Assembly: GCA_965203295.1 (NCBI GenBank)
Contig: CBDBCZ010000019.1
Coordinates: 448,001 to 512,000, forward strand
From: Nitrospirales bacterium
GTDB taxonomy: Bacteria; Nitrospirota; Nitrospiria; Nitrospirales; UBA8639
Length of the DNA: 64,000 nt
Direction: 5' to 3'
Below the pieces are notes generated by a model, which worked only from the letters and a program-made list of their open reading frames with translations, searched no databases and was not told where the DNA came from. Made by a program: the position numbers and the translations under genes. Shown in pieces: positions 1-10,220 of the stretch; position 1 is the first letter of the stretch, and each line of letters begins with the position of its first letter.

Positions 1-480
1 CTCGATCTTCTTGGAATCGACGCTCTGAAACGATCTTCTCATCCAGCAATTGTTTTGTTCGTTCAAAGTTCGCTTTGGCAATATCAACTTGAACCTTCGC
101 GACCAGGAATTCTTGAACGAGTTCATCCAGTTTCAGACTGCCGATTGCGAGAAGAGGCTGCCCCAGACGGACACGCTCACCAAGGTGAACGAACACTTTT
201 TCAACTTGTCCCTCAATCCGCGAAGAAACTTTGGCAACCCGGTTAAGATCAAGAGCGACTTCCCCCGGAGCTGTGAAGCTTTGGAGAAAGGATCTTTCCT
301 GAACGATTTCGGTCGACAGGCGTCCTCGAATTTGTTCAGGGACGTTTGCAATGCGTTGCTCTTGGCTTTGTCCCTGGGATGGAGACACAGAAGTCGGTTC
401 GGATGCTGGAGGAGTTTCTTCAGAACATCCGAATACGAGAGGGAGAACGAATAATATGGACCACCAAGGAATCGCCAAAA
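1..480 (-). CDS. Heavy-metal efflux RND periplasmic adaptor (CzcB/CusB family), 5' part; runs off the window start
   Basis: Not in the ORF track. Manual minus-strand translation gives ...ILFVLPLVFGC (lipobox-like)...APGEVALDLNRVAKVSSRIEGQVEKVFVHLGERVRLGQPLLAIGSLKLDELVQEFLVAKVQVDIAKANFERTKQLLDEKIVSERRFQEDR, a lipoyl half-motif plus alpha-hairpin typical of membrane fusion proteins. Start codon uncertain. Confidence 0.75.
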
Positions 481-665
481 CCTCCGGCTGATAAAAGATG
501 GAACTCGCCAGTTCCGTGTCAGGCTTCCAACTGTCGAGCGCGGGAACGTTTCCTGTGCTCTCAAACTGTTGGGAACCGCCTATGTGAAGAATGAGGGCTT
601 TGGTAAAGAAAGACCCCTTCTTTCACATTGCTGTGGAAACGGAAATTTGGTCTGAAGCAGGCGTA

Positions 666-1133
666 TTAGGAAATAAAATGGGGAGGAGGCCGAGACCACT
701 GAGAAGGTGATAAGAGCCAGAAGGAAATGTTCTCTCCATCTGAAGGGGCATGAGAAACACCATGAAAGAGTAGCGGGCTGAGGATTTTCGCCTCTGTCAT
801 CATGCTTATGTGAATTGGGTGTTTTTGGGGAGGATCATAAGAGCGGGTTAAGACAGAGAATCCGAACTCTAGTTGATCCAAAAGATGACAAGAGGAATGA
901 GCTAATTGAAGATGGTCGTGAGATGTTCTTATCGGAGAAGGGGTCGTGTGATGATGGTGATGAAAATCATCATCTGCGTCGTCAGATAGAACTGAGTGGA
1001 AGATTCCTCCATGAGTGTGGTTTGTCCTCTCATGAGCATGTGAAACTTCGGGATGAGCGTGGATTAAAGGGAAGACAACGAGCCAGGAAATCGTCCAGGT
1101 GAGAATGATCGACCGACAAATGAGATGAACCAT
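666..1133 (-). CDS. His-rich secreted or membrane-anchored small protein with C-terminal RPPP (DUF2946/CzcI-like leader candidate)
   Basis: N-terminal hydrophobic segment; HAHPEVSHAH..HTHGG and DDDFHHHHH; ends WSRPPPHFIS; purine-rich RBS (GGAAGAGGAG) just upstream. Confidence 0.65.
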   Translation of the reverse strand: MVHLICRSIILTWTISWLVVFPLIHAHPEVSHAHERTNHTHGGIFHSVLSDDADDDFHHHHHTTPSPIRTSHDHLQLAHSSCHLLDQLEFGFSVLTRSYDPPQKHPIHISMMTEAKILSPLLFHGVSHAPSDGENISFWLLSPSQWSRPPPHFIS

Positions 1134-1242
1134 ACTCCTCTTCCCTTGGATAAAAAGAGCTTCAAACGATAGATCAAACTAGCAGGGTTGCTTTCAATTT
1201 TTCAATAGGTATGACACACACATAACCGTGCTCCATTAAATA

Positions 1243-1258
1243 AGCAAGAGATATGCCA
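1243..1258 (-). promoter_or_regulatory. sigma54 (-24/-12) promoter
   Basis: Minus strand reads TGGCATATCTCTTGCT (GG-N10-GC), about 110 nt upstream of the His-rich ORF. Confidence 0.65.
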
Positions 1259-1455
1259 GATTGGTTGTTTTGAGGTAGGAATTGAAAAACGAAGGAAAAT
1301 CTTTGATTCAATAAGGAGATATAACTCTTTGTGAACCGACCACAAAGCCATGGACTCTTAGGAAGAAAAAATATGGAACCCTAATCTTGGAAAATTTGCA
1401 CCAACACACCTCCATAGAAGATTGCAGTTTTGGTACTTTTGTGGGAGAAGCAGAC

Positions 1456-2520
1456 TCAGCAGATTCGGGGAAGCTGCTCTCCAGACAAGAGATCGAGAAC
1501 TCGAGAGGTCCCCAAAACGGTCTTAATGACAACTGGTGAGGTGGGAGAAGATGTGAGAGAGAGCACGTCTCCAATTTCAGCAGCCTGTTGGGATACCGCG
1601 TGTTTCTGGAGAATGGAAAGCGCACGATCAACCTCGGAAGCGGGAAGAATCAACACAAATCGACCTTCATTGGCAATGTACAGGGGATCCAATCCAAGGA
1701 TTTCACAGGCTCCGTGGATCGGTTCTTGAATAGGAATCTTTTTCTCATCGATGACTATCTGAACGTTTGCCCCCGATGCCAATTCGTTTAATGCACTGGC
1801 CAAACCGCCACGAGTTAAATCTCGAAGACAATGGATCTGAATATCCTGCCTCACTAAATCCGCAACGACCGAATGAAGCGGAGCGGAGTCGCTGGTGATA
1901 TCTCCGGAAAAAGCAAGCCCTTCCCGCACGCTTAAGACGGCAATACCATGAGCGCCGAGATCCCAACTCACTAGAATACGATCACCGGATTCAATGCGAT
2001 GCGGACCGATATCAATCCCCGACGGGATGACTCCAACGCCTGTCGTGTTAATGAAAATCTGATCCCCCTTCCCTCGATCTACCACTTTAGTATCACCGCA
2101 GACAATCTGAACGTCGCAGGAAAGTGCTGCCTGAGCCATCGATCCCACTACTTGTTTGAGGGTGTCCATTGCCAATCCTTCCTCGAGAATAAAACTCGCA
2201 CTAAGGTACAGGGGTTTAGCCCCAGACATGGCGAGATCGTTAATCGTGCTATGTACTGCCAAACTCCCAATATCGCCACCTGGAAAAAACAAAGGGCGAA
2301 CGACATAGGAATCCGTCGTCAAGGCCAGTCGATCTTTTTGACAAGGAAGGACCGCACTGTCATGAAGTGTACTCAAGGATTGATGACCGAAGGCCTCAAG
2401 AAACACATCCTGAATGAGTGAGTGCATGAGACGTCCGCCACCTCCGTGAGCCAAGCGAATCGTGTCGTGTTCCGAAGAAAGTAATGGACAGTGAAGCTCG
2501 AAACCGGAGTCTTGTTCCAT
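1456..2520 (-). CDS. hypE: Hydrogenase maturation protein HypE
   Basis: LAHGGGG, TTDSYVVRPLFFPGGDIG, NDLAM, GDTKVV, RDLTRGG, C-terminal GEQLPRIC. Confidence 0.93.
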   Translation of the reverse strand: MEQDSGFELHCPLLSSEHDTIRLAHGGGGRLMHSLIQDVFLEAFGHQSLSTLHDSAVLPCQKDRLALTTDSYVVRPLFFPGGDIGSLAVHSTINDLAMSGAKPLYLSASFILEEGLAMDTLKQVVGSMAQAALSCDVQIVCGDTKVVDRGKGDQIFINTTGVGVIPSGIDIGPHRIESGDRILVSWDLGAHGIAVLSVREGLAFSGDITSDSAPLHSVVADLVRQDIQIHCLRDLTRGGLASALNELASGANVQIVIDEKKIPIQEPIHGACEILGLDPLYIANEGRFVLILPASEVDRALSILQKHAVSQQAAEIGDVLSLTSSPTSPVVIKTVLGTSRVLDLLSGEQLPRIC

Positions 2521-2523
2521 GGG

Positions 2524-3404
2524 TTAAGCAGGAGTCACCCTTTCGCCTCGGTACCGGTAGTACGCAGCACATGCTCCTTCACTGGAGACCATCGGTGCAC
2601 CAAGAGGGTGATCGGGGGTGCACTGTATTGTGAAAGCAGGACAGTCAGAAGGAATCATTTGGCCTTGAAGCACAAGACCACTATTCGACCTGCTTCGAGT
2701 TGTTGGACGACCAAATGAATGCCTTCCAAAATGTCGATGGGCTCAAATCCGGTCACCACGATGGGTACTTGATATGTTTGGGAGAGTGGTTCATAGGCTT
2801 CATAGCCCATGACCGTACATACATGGCCGGCAGCCAGGAATCCCTGCACGCGATTCCCAGGAGAAGATAAGATGGCTTCCATAGCCGGGGGCACAAGCAC
2901 ATGAGCCACTAACAAACTGAAGTTAGTCAGTCCCAAATGGGAAGCCTGGACAACTGCCATGGCTTGCGCCGGGGCTGTCGTCTCGAATCCGACGGCAAAA
3001 CACACGATATGGCGAGAAGAGTTCGCCTTAGCCATTTCCACTGCATCGATCGGTGAGTAAATGATACGAACATCCCCCCCTCGAGCCTTCACGCCAAGCA
3101 AGTCGCCCTGAGAACCAGGGACTCGCAGCATGTCACCAAAGGAACATAACGTGACTTCGGGGAATTCAGCGAGTTGGATTGCAGCGTCGATCAGCTCAAT
3201 GGGGGTTACACAAACTGGACAGCCAGGACCGTGGATCAGCGTAATCTCTTCGGGCAACAATCGATCGAGGCCATACTTCACGATGGCATGCGTCTGCCCT
3301 CCACAGACCTCCATGATCGTCCAGGGATGATGGACAGTCTTCCTGATCTCTTTCGCCAAGGTATCAACTCCCTTGGCACTCCGAAATTCATCAAGGTATT
3401 TCAT
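2524..3404 (-). pseudogene. hypD: HypD, broken by an internal deletion plus frameshift near 2680
   Basis: [22 protein letters not shown] and GHVC motifs are present. After QLEAGR the frame shifts straight into [34 protein letters not shown]; the usual intervening ENQY..WRG segment is absent. Confidence 0.85.
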
Positions 3405-3649
3405 GGCGAAGGAGCCGTTCCTGCCTGAGAACCGTCTAATTCATCCAGCATGGCTAGTGTTTGCTTTGCCGCCTCTTCATCCAGTTTGCTGATGGCAAAG
3501 CCCACATGCACGATCACATAATCACCAACACTTGCCTCGGGGACCAAGGCTAAACAAACCTCCTTGGTGGCGCCACCAAATGACACTACGCCTTTCCGTA
3601 GGTCACCTTCTTCTATACTCTGAATCTGTCCGGGAATGGCTAAACACAT
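3401..3649 (-). CDS. hypC: Hydrogenase maturation chaperone HypC/HupF
   Basis: MCLAIPG start and [12 protein letters not shown] motif. Confidence 0.93.
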   Translation of the reverse strand: MCLAIPGQIQSIEEGDLRKGVVSFGGATKEVCLALVPEASVGDYVIVHVGFAISKLDEEAAKQTLAMLDELDGSQAGTAPSP

Positions 3650-3876
3650 ATGAAAGCTCAAGCGGTTTCCTTCATCTTGTCATATTGAACAGGATGGTGG
3701 AAAGGGAGACCAATTTTTAAGAAGTGAAGGAGAAAGGTATGAGGTGGTCCTAAAAAAACAGACACAAAGTTAAGAGTCACCTGTCTGCCGTTCAAATTCC
3801 TCAGGGCTACGATAACCGAGGGTTTGATGCAGGCGCTTTCGATTTATAGAAGCTCTCGATATAGGCAAAGATCGCC

Positions 3877-4213
3877 TGCCGGGCTATCGATATCAACTCG
3901 TTGCGACCAATCTGACGCTGCCGCCGGTCGAGGTCGGCGGCTGTGCCGCCAAAGCGCGTATTCGGAAAATCGGATCGCCGAGCTCAAACAGGACTTTGGA
4001 CTCACCAACTTTTGCCTGGACGCCTTTTGGGACACGGAAGCCGCGTTTCAGACGGTCTTGATGGCCTACAACGTGATGAGTTTGTTCCGTCAAGCGTTGC
4101 TGCGAGCGCCTCGGGCAGTGAAGCTTTCGACCATGCGGGTCCAATGCTTTGCATTAGGGGCTTGGATAGGCCGACAAGGTCGGACCAAGGCCCTCCAGAT
4201 CAGTGTGCCCCGC
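3877..4213 (+). mobile_element. IS1380-family transposase remnant (copy 1)
   Basis: YRYQLVATNL / SENRIAELKQDFG..F..TEAAFQTVLMAYN motif, frameshifted. Confidence 0.7.
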
Positions 4214-4434
4214 AAAAAGTTGGCCGCACAACTAAACACCGAGGTTCGTCCCGTAACCATGAGCCCTTTCTAGCATACATTGGTTACGAAACGCCCTAAT
4301 TACCAATGAAATTACCTGGCTCTTTTTGATTTAGGAAAGTCGGTACGAAAAATGTCTTCTTCCTGATGAGGAAAAGAAGAACTCTCCGTTCCCAAAAAAA
4401 CTCTGGCAGTAAAACGGCGAATAGCCTGAACATC

Positions 4435-4707
4435 CTATGTTTCTTTGATAATTCGTTCCCCATATTGAGGTTGCCAACCACAGTTCAAACAACGCATTTC
4501 AATTTTCTTCGAAAGATCGATCGTCTGAATCACAATCCACCCATGACACTTGAGGCAATGTCTGCGAGAACTATACCTATGAGATACCGGGATTGTAGGT
4601 GGGGATTCCCTTCCAGAGGAGCTGCGAGGAGAACGTGCTGTGGAAGGGCAGCGTTTTTTCCGCTTGGCAAGTCGTCCGGTTTTCCTAACTCGGGTTTTGA
4701 TTTTCAT
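4435..4707 (-). CDS. Small basic protein with CxxC...CxxC zinc ribbon (90 aa)
   Basis: GGAGG RBS before the ATG at 4707; K/R-rich N-terminus; CLKCHG...RCLNCG. Confidence 0.6.
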   Translation of the reverse strand: MKIKTRVRKTGRLAKRKKRCPSTARSPRSSSGRESPPTIPVSHRYSSRRHCLKCHGWIVIQTIDLSKKIEMRCLNCGWQPQYGERIIKET

Positions 4708-4864
4708 TCTGCCTCCCTGCAATTTTGAAAAGGGGCTACCCTTAATCCCATGTTCCGCCAGAATTTTGTCAGACGAAGGTGACAAACTTTTGGTTAATGT
4801 CTAATCGGGGATTTAGATACCTTCATTTTTTGGTAATAATACCTAGAAATGTTCAATTATTTTA

Positions 4865-5040
4865 AGCAATATTCGTGCCTTTATTCATTAAAATAATCAT
4901 TTAACTAACAAAAAAACAAAAAAAAACAATTGTTTTTATTGGTATTTTTTTAATGCTTTTGAAAGGAGACCACTTTGTGGGTAAAGCATAAATAACAAAT
5001 TGTATCCAACTGTGTACAAATCTGTCTCCAAACAGATACA
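4865..5040 (-). promoter_or_regulatory. sigma54 promoter with two upstream TGT-N12-ACA candidate enhancer sites
   Basis: AGGCACGAATATTGCT (4880-4865, minus strand); AT-rich spacer; TGTATCCAACTGTGTACA (5001-5018) and TGTCTCCAAACAGATACA (5023-5040). Confidence 0.6.
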
Positions 5041-5160
5041 AGATATTGTCTTTGATGAAGATTTTGTTATCCATTTGTGGAGCTAGATGTGCTGTCCAGA
5101 GAAGAAAGAGAAGAAAATGAAGAGTTTTGAGTCATTTTGTAAGGAAGATGAAAAAAGTCT

Positions 5161-5964
5161 TTATTCGCAACAAGACACTTTGAAAAGACGTCTGTCCTCC
5201 AATCGAATAGCAGCCAAGAAATTCCCCCAAACACACCCACCGTCTAAGCCAAGGAATTTTTCTTCTTGTAAAAGGCCGAGAGCTGACCAGTGCCCGAAAA
5301 TTACTGTGTCCTCCCGACGTTGGGGGCAGGGGATTTGGTACCAAGGATGAAGGCCTTGAGGGGCTTGAGAGGGCGGGCCCTTGAATGAAAGGTCGATTTC
5401 CCCCGATGTGTGACAAAGGCGAATTCGAGTGAGAACATTGGTGATGAACCCTAATCGGTCCCCTTGGGAGAGATCATCTTTCCATCGCGTCGCTGTACTC
5501 CGGTACAAGGGCTTCAGAAATTTTGGGTATTCTTCAGACTGTAATGCGCTTTCAACCTTCTGTGCCAATTTCACAGCTTGCTTGACGGACCACTCTAGAA
5601 GAAGCCCAGCATGAACAAGCACAAACCCTGGCTCATAGTAAATCATGCGTTGATGCCGCAACCAAAAAATTAAATCCTGACTATCTGGAGCGTTCAATAT
5701 ATCCTGAATTGTATCGTGAGCATGAAGGCCACCCACACCGGCATGAACAGCAAGAAGGTGCAGGTCATGATTTCCCAAGACAGTGATGGCCGAAGGGCCT
5801 AAGTTTTTAATAAACCGGAGAACAGAAAGAGAGTCTGGTCCTCGATTGACCAAATCCCCTACTAACCACAGCCTATCCTCAGTTGGATTAAATTGTATTC
5901 GAGTCAATAAACGTTGGAGTGCCGTGAAGCACCCCTGAATGTCGCCAATTGCGTAAGTGGCCAA
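5161..5964 (-). CDS. apaH: Symmetrical bis(5'-nucleosyl)-tetraphosphatase
   Basis: YAIGDIQGC, GDLVNRGPDS, LGNHDLH, FGHWSALG, LDGGCVWG; likely TTG start at 5964. Confidence 0.92.
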   Translation of the reverse strand: MATYAIGDIQGCFTALQRLLTRIQFNPTEDRLWLVGDLVNRGPDSLSVLRFIKNLGPSAITVLGNHDLHLLAVHAGVGGLHAHDTIQDILNAPDSQDLIFWLRHQRMIYYEPGFVLVHAGLLLEWSVKQAVKLAQKVESALQSEEYPKFLKPLYRSTATRWKDDLSQGDRLGFITNVLTRIRLCHTSGEIDLSFKGPPSQAPQGLHPWYQIPCPQRREDTVIFGHWSALGLLQEEKFLGLDGGCVWGNFLAAIRLEDRRLFKVSCCE

Positions 5965-6172
5965 AAGAACCTCTTTATGAGGAGAAGGTAAAATCCGGTC
6001 AATCGAGGCGGGACAATTCACTAGGGATAGTGACTATAATTCCGGACCATATCCTGAATGCCGGTATCATGCAAGGACACCACAAGGTCATCAGCGTTGA
6101 TCAAAGTACAGAAGGTCCGATAGGATCAATCTGAGGAGGAGAGCGTATTCTATAAATTCAGGAGTTAACCCA

Positions 6173-6829
6173 ATGGAACGAATTTTGGAACCGGAAATTA
6201 TGGAGGGTGTGGAGCAAGCTCGGGTCTATGCCGAAGCCGATTTTTCAAAAGAGAACCAATGGTTCGTTGATCATTTTTTCAAGACCTATCCTGATTTGAC
6301 CGAGGGAACGTTGTTAGATCTGGGATGTGGGCCGGCGGACATTCCTATTCGATTAACCCAAGCAAAGCCAACTCTCTGCGTCATTGGTGTCGACGCGTCG
6401 GCGGCCATGCTCCAATTAGCTAAGGAGGTAGTCGAGCGGAATGGTCTGTCAGGAAAAGTCACGTTGATTCATGAACTTATTCAAAATTTGGAGGGTGTGG
6501 AACCGGCTAGTACGATCATTTCCAATAGCTTGGCCCATCATATTCCGAATCCAATACAATTCTGGTATACAGTAAAAAGGCTGGCAAGACCGGGAGCGCC
6601 GGTCTTAGTCATGGACCTTCTGCGACCTGAGTCAGTAGAAGAGGCCGAAGCAATCGTCAATATGTATGCTGCCGAGGAGCCAGAGCAGCTGCGAAAGGAC
6701 TTTTTTCTTTCCCTGAGAAGTGCATTTACCGAAGACGAAGTTGCAGCTCAACTCGCAGAACTGAATTTAAGCCGACTCCTCATTGATGTACCGGATGACC
6801 GACATTGGATCGTCTATGGGAGAGTGTAA
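6173..6829 (+). CDS. Class I SAM-dependent methyltransferase
   Basis: LLDLGCGPAD motif I, GVDAS; AGGAG RBS. Confidence 0.85.
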   Translation: MERILEPEIMEGVEQARVYAEADFSKENQWFVDHFFKTYPDLTEGTLLDLGCGPADIPIRLTQAKPTLCVIGVDASAAMLQLAKEVVERNGLSGKVTLIHELIQNLEGVEPASTIISNSLAHHIPNPIQFWYTVKRLARPGAPVLVMDLLRPESVEEAEAIVNMYAAEEPEQLRKDFFLSLRSAFTEDEVAAQLAELNLSRLLIDVPDDRHWIVYGRV

Positions 6830-6895
6830 AAATGAAAAAGGTCTCGAACAGGTCTTGACTGTTCCGGCACAACCTGCTTAATGTGAGCTTCCATT

Positions 6896-6969
6896 TGGGG
6901 GATCGTCCAAGGGCAGGACATCAGATTTTGGATCTGAGAATCTAGGTTCGAATCCTAGTCCCCCAGCCA
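6896..6969 (+). tRNA. tRNA-Gln(TTG)
   Basis: Cloverleaf; anticodon stem TCAGA/TCTGA with loop TTTTGGA; GGTTCGAATCC T-arm; 3' CCA. Confidence 0.95.
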
Positions 6970-7009
6970 CTCCTTTTCCTTCCTCCCATTACAGAGATAC
7001 CTATCTCTT

Positions 7010-7237
7010 TTGAACGTAAAGGATTGGAATCTATCATTAGCCGAACCTGAACGACAACCGTATACCGGAGTCATTTCCAGCGGCAAGCTCCAATATTTTC
7101 AAGCGATCTATGCGGACAAAGCGGTTTCAGAAGCTTATGTTGAGTGTCATAATTCCTATCCACTCAGCCTCAAACGAGATTTTCAGTTAAATGATATTAT
7201 GGGAGGAATCGTGATCACCATTCCTCTTAATGGATAA
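7010..7237 (+). pseudogene. C-terminal remnant of a DUF3365 (heme-c-binding) protein
   Basis: YFQAIYADKAVSEAYVECHN..KRDFQLNDIMGGIVITIPL; the expected CxxCH reads YVECH; N-terminal part missing. Confidence 0.6.
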
Positions 7238-7843
7238 GGACAAAATAGATGAATGTCCTGTCAGTGGTTGTAGAAAAAAGGCTCTCTTGCTATTAGACCC
7301 ATTGCTCGTGAATAGGTGTCTCGAGGTGACCTCTTTTTTGTTCGTTTTCTGAATCAACAAGTATGGGAAAGTTGGAGGCATTTGGGGATGCGCCTTTCCG
7401 CAATATACGACACAAGACCAAAGTTATACCCTGAGACAATTCCGGAGTTTTGTCGATTTGGGATACAGGAACGTCATGAATCACCTATGAGGCCACAACC
7501 AAGCAAATAAGATCGGTGAGTTGTTCCTCCGGTGCCACCCAGCTGTTGTCCGAGGAAGTGACAGGAGAGAATCCAAGGAGGCTATGAAAATACCAGGTGT
7601 GGGTAGCCCATACGGAGCCTGTAAGTTCTATTTATTCATCTCCTCGGACCAATAACATAAAAGTCTGTTTTACAAAATAGCTGTCAATCGTTTAGATAGA
7701 ATCTGAACGGAATCGGATACTTCAAGCGTAAAGGGCTAAGACCTATTCCTGCCATAGTCAACCCACGCCGAGTATCGAGTCAAACCCAACCTCGCCCCAT
7801 CACCAGTTCCCACAATACTCAATTCAAACGTTGGTATCAGTTA

Positions 7844-8566
7844 TTGGAATCCCATGGCATCAAGGAATTCCAGCAATTTTTTCTTTTTGGAGAAAAAGTG
7901 ATCCAGGAACTATTGTCCAGACACCCTAGTTCCTGCTTGGAATTCATTTATCCTGAAGGGTTTCAGAGTCGTGTTCCTATTCCAGGCCATGTACCCACGT
8001 TTGTCCTGAGCCGACAATTGTTTCAGCGATTAGATTTATTTGGGACTCGCTTTCCCCTGCTCGTGTGTAAGGCTCCCTCCCTTCCACGGTTCAACCCAAG
8101 CAAGGGCCCACAAAGAATAGAGCTGTTTTGTCCATTGGGTGATCCCGCGAATGTGGGAGCTCTGCTGCGCAGTTGTGGAGCTTTTGGCGTAAGTCGCGTC
8201 ATCATTTTGAAAGAGGCTGCCTATCCCCTTCACCCCAAATCGATCAGGGCGATGAGCGGCTCTGTGTTTGATCAGTACCTGTGCCTAGGCCCATCATTGA
8301 AGGCATTGGGAGAAAAAACAACTGGACAGAATATGGTGGTATTGGATACAGCGGGAGAAAGTCTTTCGACTTTTCAATGGCCACGAAATGTCAGGTTGCT
8401 TGTTGGAGAGGAAGGGCAAGGAATTCCCAGACTACCGGTAAAACATCAAGTAGCTATTCCCATGATGGAATCCATCAATTCACTCAATGCCACCGTGGCC
8501 GCTAGTATTGCGTTATATGCCTACCGATTACAGTATCCTCTACGAAGATTGGAAAATACGCTTTAA
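7844..8566 (+). CDS. TrmH/SpoU family RNA methyltransferase
   Basis: DPANVGALLRS, GEEGQG and SLNATVAASI SPOUT motifs. The frame extends upstream (ITSSHN at about 7800) without an ATG, so the start is uncertain. Confidence 0.85.
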   Translation: MESHGIKEFQQFFLFGEKVIQELLSRHPSSCLEFIYPEGFQSRVPIPGHVPTFVLSRQLFQRLDLFGTRFPLLVCKAPSLPRFNPSKGPQRIELFCPLGDPANVGALLRSCGAFGVSRVIILKEAAYPLHPKSIRAMSGSVFDQYLCLGPSLKALGEKTTGQNMVVLDTAGESLSTFQWPRNVRLLVGEEGQGIPRLPVKHQVAIPMMESINSLNATVAASIALYAYRLQYPLRRLENTL

Positions 8567-8623
8567 CCTGGATTTTGCATTAGACATTTGAAACCGGATC
8601 TGACCATGGAGGGGGAAAGCCCT

Positions 8624-9230
8624 CTAACCTGGCAAAAAGCCCCTCGAACTAGGGTCGACGTGCGGGGGCACACTGATCTGGAGGGCCTTGGTCCGACCTT
8701 GTCGGCCTATCCAAGCCCCTAATGCAAAGCATTGGACCCGCATGGTCGAAAGCTTCACTGCCCGAGGCGCTCGCAGCAACGCTTGACGGAACAAACTCAT
8801 CACGTTGTAGGCCATCAAGACCGTCTGAAACGCGGCTTCCGTGTCCCAAAAGGCGTCCAGGCAAAAGTTGGTGAGTCCAAAGTCCTGTTTGAGCTCGGCG
8901 ATCCGATTTTCCGAATACGCGCTTTGGCGGCACAGCCGCCGACCTCGACCGGCGGCAGCGTCAGATTGGTCGCAACGAGTTGATATCGATAGCCCGGCAC
9001 CTCCGGCAATAATTTGCCCTGCGCCTGAGGCCAGCCTTGCGCTTGATAGCCCACCTCGGTCACGGCCAAGCCCCGGCGGCAGCAAGCGCAGCTCTGGCAA
9101 CAGCCGACCCGCCACAACGTAGCTGAGGGAATGGTCTTCGAAATGGGTCAAGATGGCATTGGCGCAAAATCCGGCATCGGTTCTGACCAGCCCAATCTGA
9201 TCTTTCCCCTGTTCGTGAAAGCTTCCTACC
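8624..9230 (-). mobile_element. IS1380-family transposase remnant (copy 2, longer)
   Basis: VRTDAGFC DDE segment plus the same SENRIAELKQDFG segment as copy 1; internal deletions and frameshifts. Confidence 0.72.
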
Positions 9231-9476
9231 ATATTTCCTGTCGTCCACTAGACAGGGGAAAGATCAACCTTGTGCTATGGAAGTCCACATGGTTAACATT
9301 TGAGAATATCAAAGGATACCGCTCCTTTTTGATGATCCGGTCGTGGATCAGTGAGAAAATGAGCCATCCCCATGTGAGGAGTGACGATGGGGATAGTCTC
9401 AGGGTATCATTGGGTTTAGCAGGCTCCACTTGACAATTGAGGGATAGCCGCGATACGCCTATCATATCATGGCGTA

Positions 9477-9728
9477 ATGGTCGGTTCTATACGGAGGCAT
9501 CACATGGCAGTCAATGCACTTCGGAAAGATCTCCCACGTGGCACGAAACCACCGAGCACCGCTTCTTCAAATGACAGCTCTTGGGAGAGAAAATCTCAGG
9601 AGGATAAAGAACTCGAGAGAGATCTTGCTGCACAGGAGGAACAGGATGTGTGGGAGTCAGAGGTGATTGGAATTGTGAAGTGGTCTGAGGGTGGGGGAAG
9701 CCGTTTTTCCGACCCCGGCGCTGATTGA
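9477..9728 (+). CDS. Hypothetical small protein
   Basis: ORF with GGAGG before the internal ATG (MAVNALR); no motif recognised. Confidence 0.3.
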   Translation: MVGSIRRHHMAVNALRKDLPRGTKPPSTASSNDSSWERKSQEDKELERDLAAQEEQDVWESEVIGIVKWSEGGGSRFSDPGAD

Positions 9729-10220
9729 AAACAGACTGAAAGTCGTTGGATCCTCACACGTACCGACGCTTTCTCCATTGACCTACAGAGCACATGGATA
9801 ACCTCTCTCTTGCAGCTCTCCAAAATGAGCAGAAGATTTTGGGGAGACGCGACTCTCGTGTGTGAAAAATTCTAAAAGGGATTGTGTTGGAGTTGCTCCT
9901 TCCTTCTTGAAAATGGAGGTACCCTCGTAATTTGAGGAGATCCTCGTTAGCGGCAATCATGCATTTGCCATGGCCGTCCAGGACATCGGCTAGACGTGTT
10001 GCGCCATTTTCCACATCAATAGGTCTTTCTTTTAGTCATAGCCTATTTTTTGATCGTCATGCGGAGATTGGGTATTCCGTTCCGGTTCTTAAGAGTCCCT
10101 GATAAAGGCTGTTTCGGTGTTTACTCAAGGAAAATCCCATTCAGTTTTATGAAAGAGAAAATATGATCATAGCCATATATTGGAACAATACTTTTCGTCT
10201 ACGAGAGGAGGGGGCACTTC

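Noticed and set aside
50..594. ORF-track calls 50-454, 133-564 and 346-594
   Set aside because: Alternative frames of the real minus-strand RND adaptor gene
9754..10040. 86-aa minus-strand ORF upstream of hemL
   Set aside because: No motif, and the upstream ATG is out of frame; cannot be distinguished from a remnant or chance ORF
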